From assembly GCA_043747615.1 (NCBI GenBank), contig JAYTOU010000066.1, positions 1 through 64,000 of the forward strand: DNA of 64,000 nt, in the 5' to 3' direction. The translations under genes were made by a program, and so were the position numbers. The stretch comes from Myxococcales bacterium (GTDB taxonomy: Bacteria > Myxococcota_A > Polyangia > Polyangiales > Polyangiaceae). Shown here one piece after another: positions 61,216 through 64,000 of the stretch. The first letter of the stretch is position 1; the number at the start of each line of letters is the position of its first letter. A model generated the notes under the pieces. The model was not told the origin of the DNA, searched no databases, and saw only the letters and a list, made by a program, of their open reading frames with translations.

Positions 61216-61298
61216 ACCTAGAGCATATTCGGTCAGCGTCCCGCGCGCAGCTCTAAAGACTCCTCATTCCGCTGCAGCCGGACTACCCTCCTTGCGTC

Positions 61299-62420
61299 AT
61301 GAGCACCCCCGACGCCCCGACCCGCCGCACCTCTCTTTATGACGAGCACGTGAAGCTCGGAGCCCGGCTGATCCCGTTCGCAGGGTGGGAAATGCCTGTA
61401 CAGTACACGGGTATCGTCGACGAGCACCAAGCGGTGCGCAATGCCTGCGGCCTTTTCGACGTCTCTCATATGGGGGAGCTCGAGATGCGCGGCGAATACG
61501 CCGGCGCGGTAGTGAACTACCTCGTCACCAACGACACCTCGAAGCTCCAGGACGGCCAGGCGCTCTACACCTGCGCGTGCAACGCCAAGGGAACCATTCT
61601 CGACGACCTCATCGTCTACCGAGCATCGAGCGATCGCTACCTCATCGTGTGCAACTCCTCCAATCGCGAGAAGATGGCGGAGGTCTTCCGCCGAGCGGCC
61701 GAGAACCACTGTGAGTTCGACGACCGGAGTGACGCAACGGCGCTCATCGCTCTGCAGGGACCGAAAGCGTTCGACGTGCTGAGGGCAGCGGGCGGAGAGG
61801 CGGCCAAGCTCGTGGAGCTGAAACCCTTCCATTTCAGGGAAGCGGTGGTCGCCAACGTTCGCTGCACCGTGGCCCGCACTGGCTACACCGGCGAAGACGG
61901 CGTCGAAATCTTTTGCTCGTGGAGCGACGCGCCCGCCCTGTGGCGTCAGCTGATGGAGCTCGGAAAATCGGTGGGGATCAAGCCGATTGGACTCGGCGCA
62001 CGCGACACGCTCCGGCTGGAGGCACGCCTCTCCCTTTACGGAAACGACATCGACGAGACCACCAATCCGCTCGAGGCGGGTCTCAGCTGGGTCGTCAAAA
62101 TGGCGAAGGGCGATTTCGTAGGCCGCGAGGCTCTCGAGGCGCTCCCCCAGCCTCTTGGGCGCAAGCTCGTCGGCTTCGAGATGACCGGACGCGGCATCGC
62201 GCGCCACGGTTACCCGCTGCAAAACATGGAGGGGAAAGAAGTCGGCGTCTGCACGAGCGGCAGCCCCGGCCCTACAGTTGGCAAGAACATTGGCCTGGGC
62301 TATCTGCCCCTGTCGATGTGCGAACCGGGCACCAAATTTCACGTCGATTGTCGGGGGAAAAGCATCGAAGCCGTGGTGACCAAGACACCATTTTACAAAA
62401 GGACGAAGGCCGCATCATGA
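61299..62420 (+). CDS. gcvT: Glycine cleavage system aminomethyltransferase T
   Basis: [38 protein letters not shown]. Confidence 0.97.
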   Translation: MSTPDAPTRRTSLYDEHVKLGARLIPFAGWEMPVQYTGIVDEHQAVRNACGLFDVSHMGELEMRGEYAGAVVNYLVTNDTSKLQDGQALYTCACNAKGTILDDLIVYRASSDRYLIVCNSSNREKMAEVFRRAAENHCEFDDRSDATALIALQGPKAFDVLRAAGGEAAKLVELKPFHFREAVVANVRCTVARTGYTGEDGVEIFCSWSDAPALWRQLMELGKSVGIKPIGLGARDTLRLEARLSLYGNDIDETTNPLEAGLSWVVKMAKGDFVGREALEALPQPLGRKLVGFEMTGRGIARHGYPLQNMEGKEVGVCTSGSPGPTVGKNIGLGYLPLSMCEPGTKFHVDCRGKSIEAVVTKTPFYKRTKAAS

Positions 62421-62812
62421 GTGACGAGATCCCCGCGAACCTGAAGTACACGACCGATCACGAGTGGGCCGACGTGGCCGGCAGCGACCTGAACGTGGGG
62501 ATCACCAAGTTTGCCGTGGAGCAGCTCGGCGACGTCACGCTCGTCACCGTCGACGTCAAGGTGGGAGACGAAGTCACCGCCGGGAAATCCTTCGGCACGA
62601 TCGAGAGCGTGAAGACGCTAAGCGAACTGCTTGCGCCCGTGAGCGGCAAGATCACCAAGATCAACGTCGCGCTCGAGAAGAACCCGGAGCTCGTGAACGA
62701 CGACTGCTACGCGGCGTGGATGGTGACGATCACTCCGAAAGACCCGGCGGGAGTCAGCAAATTGCTCGACGCTGAGGCTTACGCGGAGCACGTCAAGACT
62801 TCCGCGCACTGA
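62417..62812 (+). CDS. gcvH: Glycine cleavage system H protein
   Basis: YTTDHEW, GIT, IESVK lipoyl-Lys, PVSG; ATGA overlap with gcvT. Confidence 0.96.
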   Translation: MSDEIPANLKYTTDHEWADVAGSDLNVGITKFAVEQLGDVTLVTVDVKVGDEVTAGKSFGTIESVKTLSELLAPVSGKITKINVALEKNPELVNDDCYAAWMVTITPKDPAGVSKLLDAEAYAEHVKTSAH

Positions 62813-62915
62813 GCGAAGCCGCGTGATGCAACATGTCTTCTTGACGGGTTGCCCGTGGAGAGCGGCGAGGTGCGGGTGGACGCCGCAACGCAAATCGGCG
62901 CCAAATCGAGCACGT

Positions 62916-63824
62916 CTAGCTCGAAACAATTTCTTCCGGAGGCGCGGAAACGATCCGGGCCGTGCCGCCGAGAATGAGGGTGCCGCCCACCATCGCCGCG
63001 AGCGAGAGGCCTTGCTTCATCAGCACCGCCGCCACGATCACCGCGACGAACGGCTCGAGGAGGGCAAGGGTGGCGGCATGGCTCGCGCGTATCCGGCGAA
63101 CTCCCCAAACGAAAAGGAGTCCTCCAAGCGCGCCCGGCCCGAGCGCTCCGAGGACGAGAAACCCAAGAGCGCGGGGATCGACTGAGGCCCATGCTCCGGC
63201 GGGGACCATCACGAGGAGGATGGGTGTCGCCACCAGGCCATGGAAAAACATCATCTCGCTCCCCGAAAATTCGCCGACCAAGCGCTTGTTGATGAGCACG
63301 TTCGAGGCATAAAACACGGCGCTTCCCGCTCCGAACAGCGCGCCCATCGCATCCCCTGCACGGTGTGTTGCGCCCCATGGCTCGAGAAGCAGAGCGAGCC
63401 CCACGAGGGAGATGAGCACCGCGCTCGTCGTTCGAGCATCGCGCCGCTCGCGAAGAACCAGCGGCGCTGCGAGGGCCACCAGAATGGGCGCGAGATAGTG
63501 AGTGAGCACGGCGACCGCGACGCTCGCGAGCTGGAGCGCGCGAAAGTACAGGACGATGTTCATCGCGTCGGCGATGCCAAGCCAGGCGACCCCTGCCCAA
63601 CCTCGAACGGTCGGTCGAACGCGGACGCGATCCCGCAGGGCGAGAGGCCCCGAGACCAAGGTGAGCACGAGCAAGACCAGCGCAGACTCGAGCGCGGAAG
63701 AGATTTTTCCGTACGATTCGGCGTACTGGAGGATCAGCGGCCACAGGCCCCACATGCAAGCGGCCGAGGCAACGAGCACGTATCCGACCTTCGCGCGCTG
63801 GGGGTGCTCGCGATTGGTCGTCAC
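62916..63824 (-). CDS. EamA/DMT family transporter
   Basis: About 10 hydrophobic segments; YLAPILV..LRE and LEPFVAV repeats. Confidence 0.9.
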   Translation of the reverse strand: MTTNREHPQRAKVGYVLVASAACMWGLWPLILQYAESYGKISSALESALVLLVLTLVSGPLALRDRVRVRPTVRGWAGVAWLGIADAMNIVLYFRALQLASVAVAVLTHYLAPILVALAAPLVLRERRDARTTSAVLISLVGLALLLEPWGATHRAGDAMGALFGAGSAVFYASNVLINKRLVGEFSGSEMMFFHGLVATPILLVMVPAGAWASVDPRALGFLVLGALGPGALGGLLFVWGVRRIRASHAATLALLEPFVAVIVAAVLMKQGLSLAAMVGGTLILGGTARIVSAPPEEIVSS

Positions 63825-64000
63825 GTGACGACAGCGAGTTTCTTCAAGCTGGCGACGAGCGTGAGCGCCTCGATTGGTGTGAGGCGATCCACGTCCACCG
63901 CGCGCAGGAGCTCAAGGGCGGCATGCTTCGAGGCGTCCTCGGGCGCTTGTCTTCCAGCACCGAAGAGATCGAGCTGAGCGCGGCCGCTCTGCTTTCGTCC
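63821..64000 (-). CDS. mutS: C-terminus of DNA mismatch repair protein MutS (partial)
   Basis: Manual translation GRKQSGRAQLDLFG..VDVDRLTPIEALTLVASLKKLAVVT*: clamp-binding QLDLF and DxLTPxEAL tetramerisation motifs. Confidence 0.85.
   Translation of the reverse strand, partial: GRKQSGRAQLDLFGAGRQAPEDASKHAALELLRAVDVDRLTPIEALTLVASLKKLAVVT

Noticed and set aside
61216..61298. Glycine riboswitch before gcvT
   Set aside because: Gap too short and lacks the aptamer motifs

Overview
GC-rich, very gene-dense chromosomal window. The gene content points to a myxobacterium, probably Polyangiaceae/Sorangiineae-like (inference from the Hanks kinases, FHA-sigma54 activators, a MYXO-CTERM-like tail, many small lipoproteins and pilC/pilS). 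It is mostly core genome: lepB, gpsA, mutS2, glpK, pilC-pilS, ppiD, an IDH, PEPCK, acs, lemA/TPM, a glnB-glnA-malic enzyme-hydroxyacid oxidase-tal run, metK, gcvT/H and the 3' end of mutS. I saw no tRNA, rRNA, CRISPR array, prophage or IS element, and I found no clear multi-gene novel system. The best leads are: (1) a ~120-nt long-hairpin ncRNA candidate on the minus strand between acs and lemA; (2) a P-II protein lacking the conserved Gln39, heading a combined N/C metabolism run; (3) a bacterial PHI-1/EXORDIUM-like lipoprotein; (4) a frameshifted acs next to a decayed gene with an in-frame TAG; (5) an ILVBL/HACL-like TPP enzyme in a possible lipid-catabolic operon; (6) two tiny lipoproteins (one missing from the ORF track) divergent from an FHA-GAF-sigma54/mutS2 unit, with a 20-bp direct repeat between them. 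All family calls come from motif recognition by eye, not database searches.
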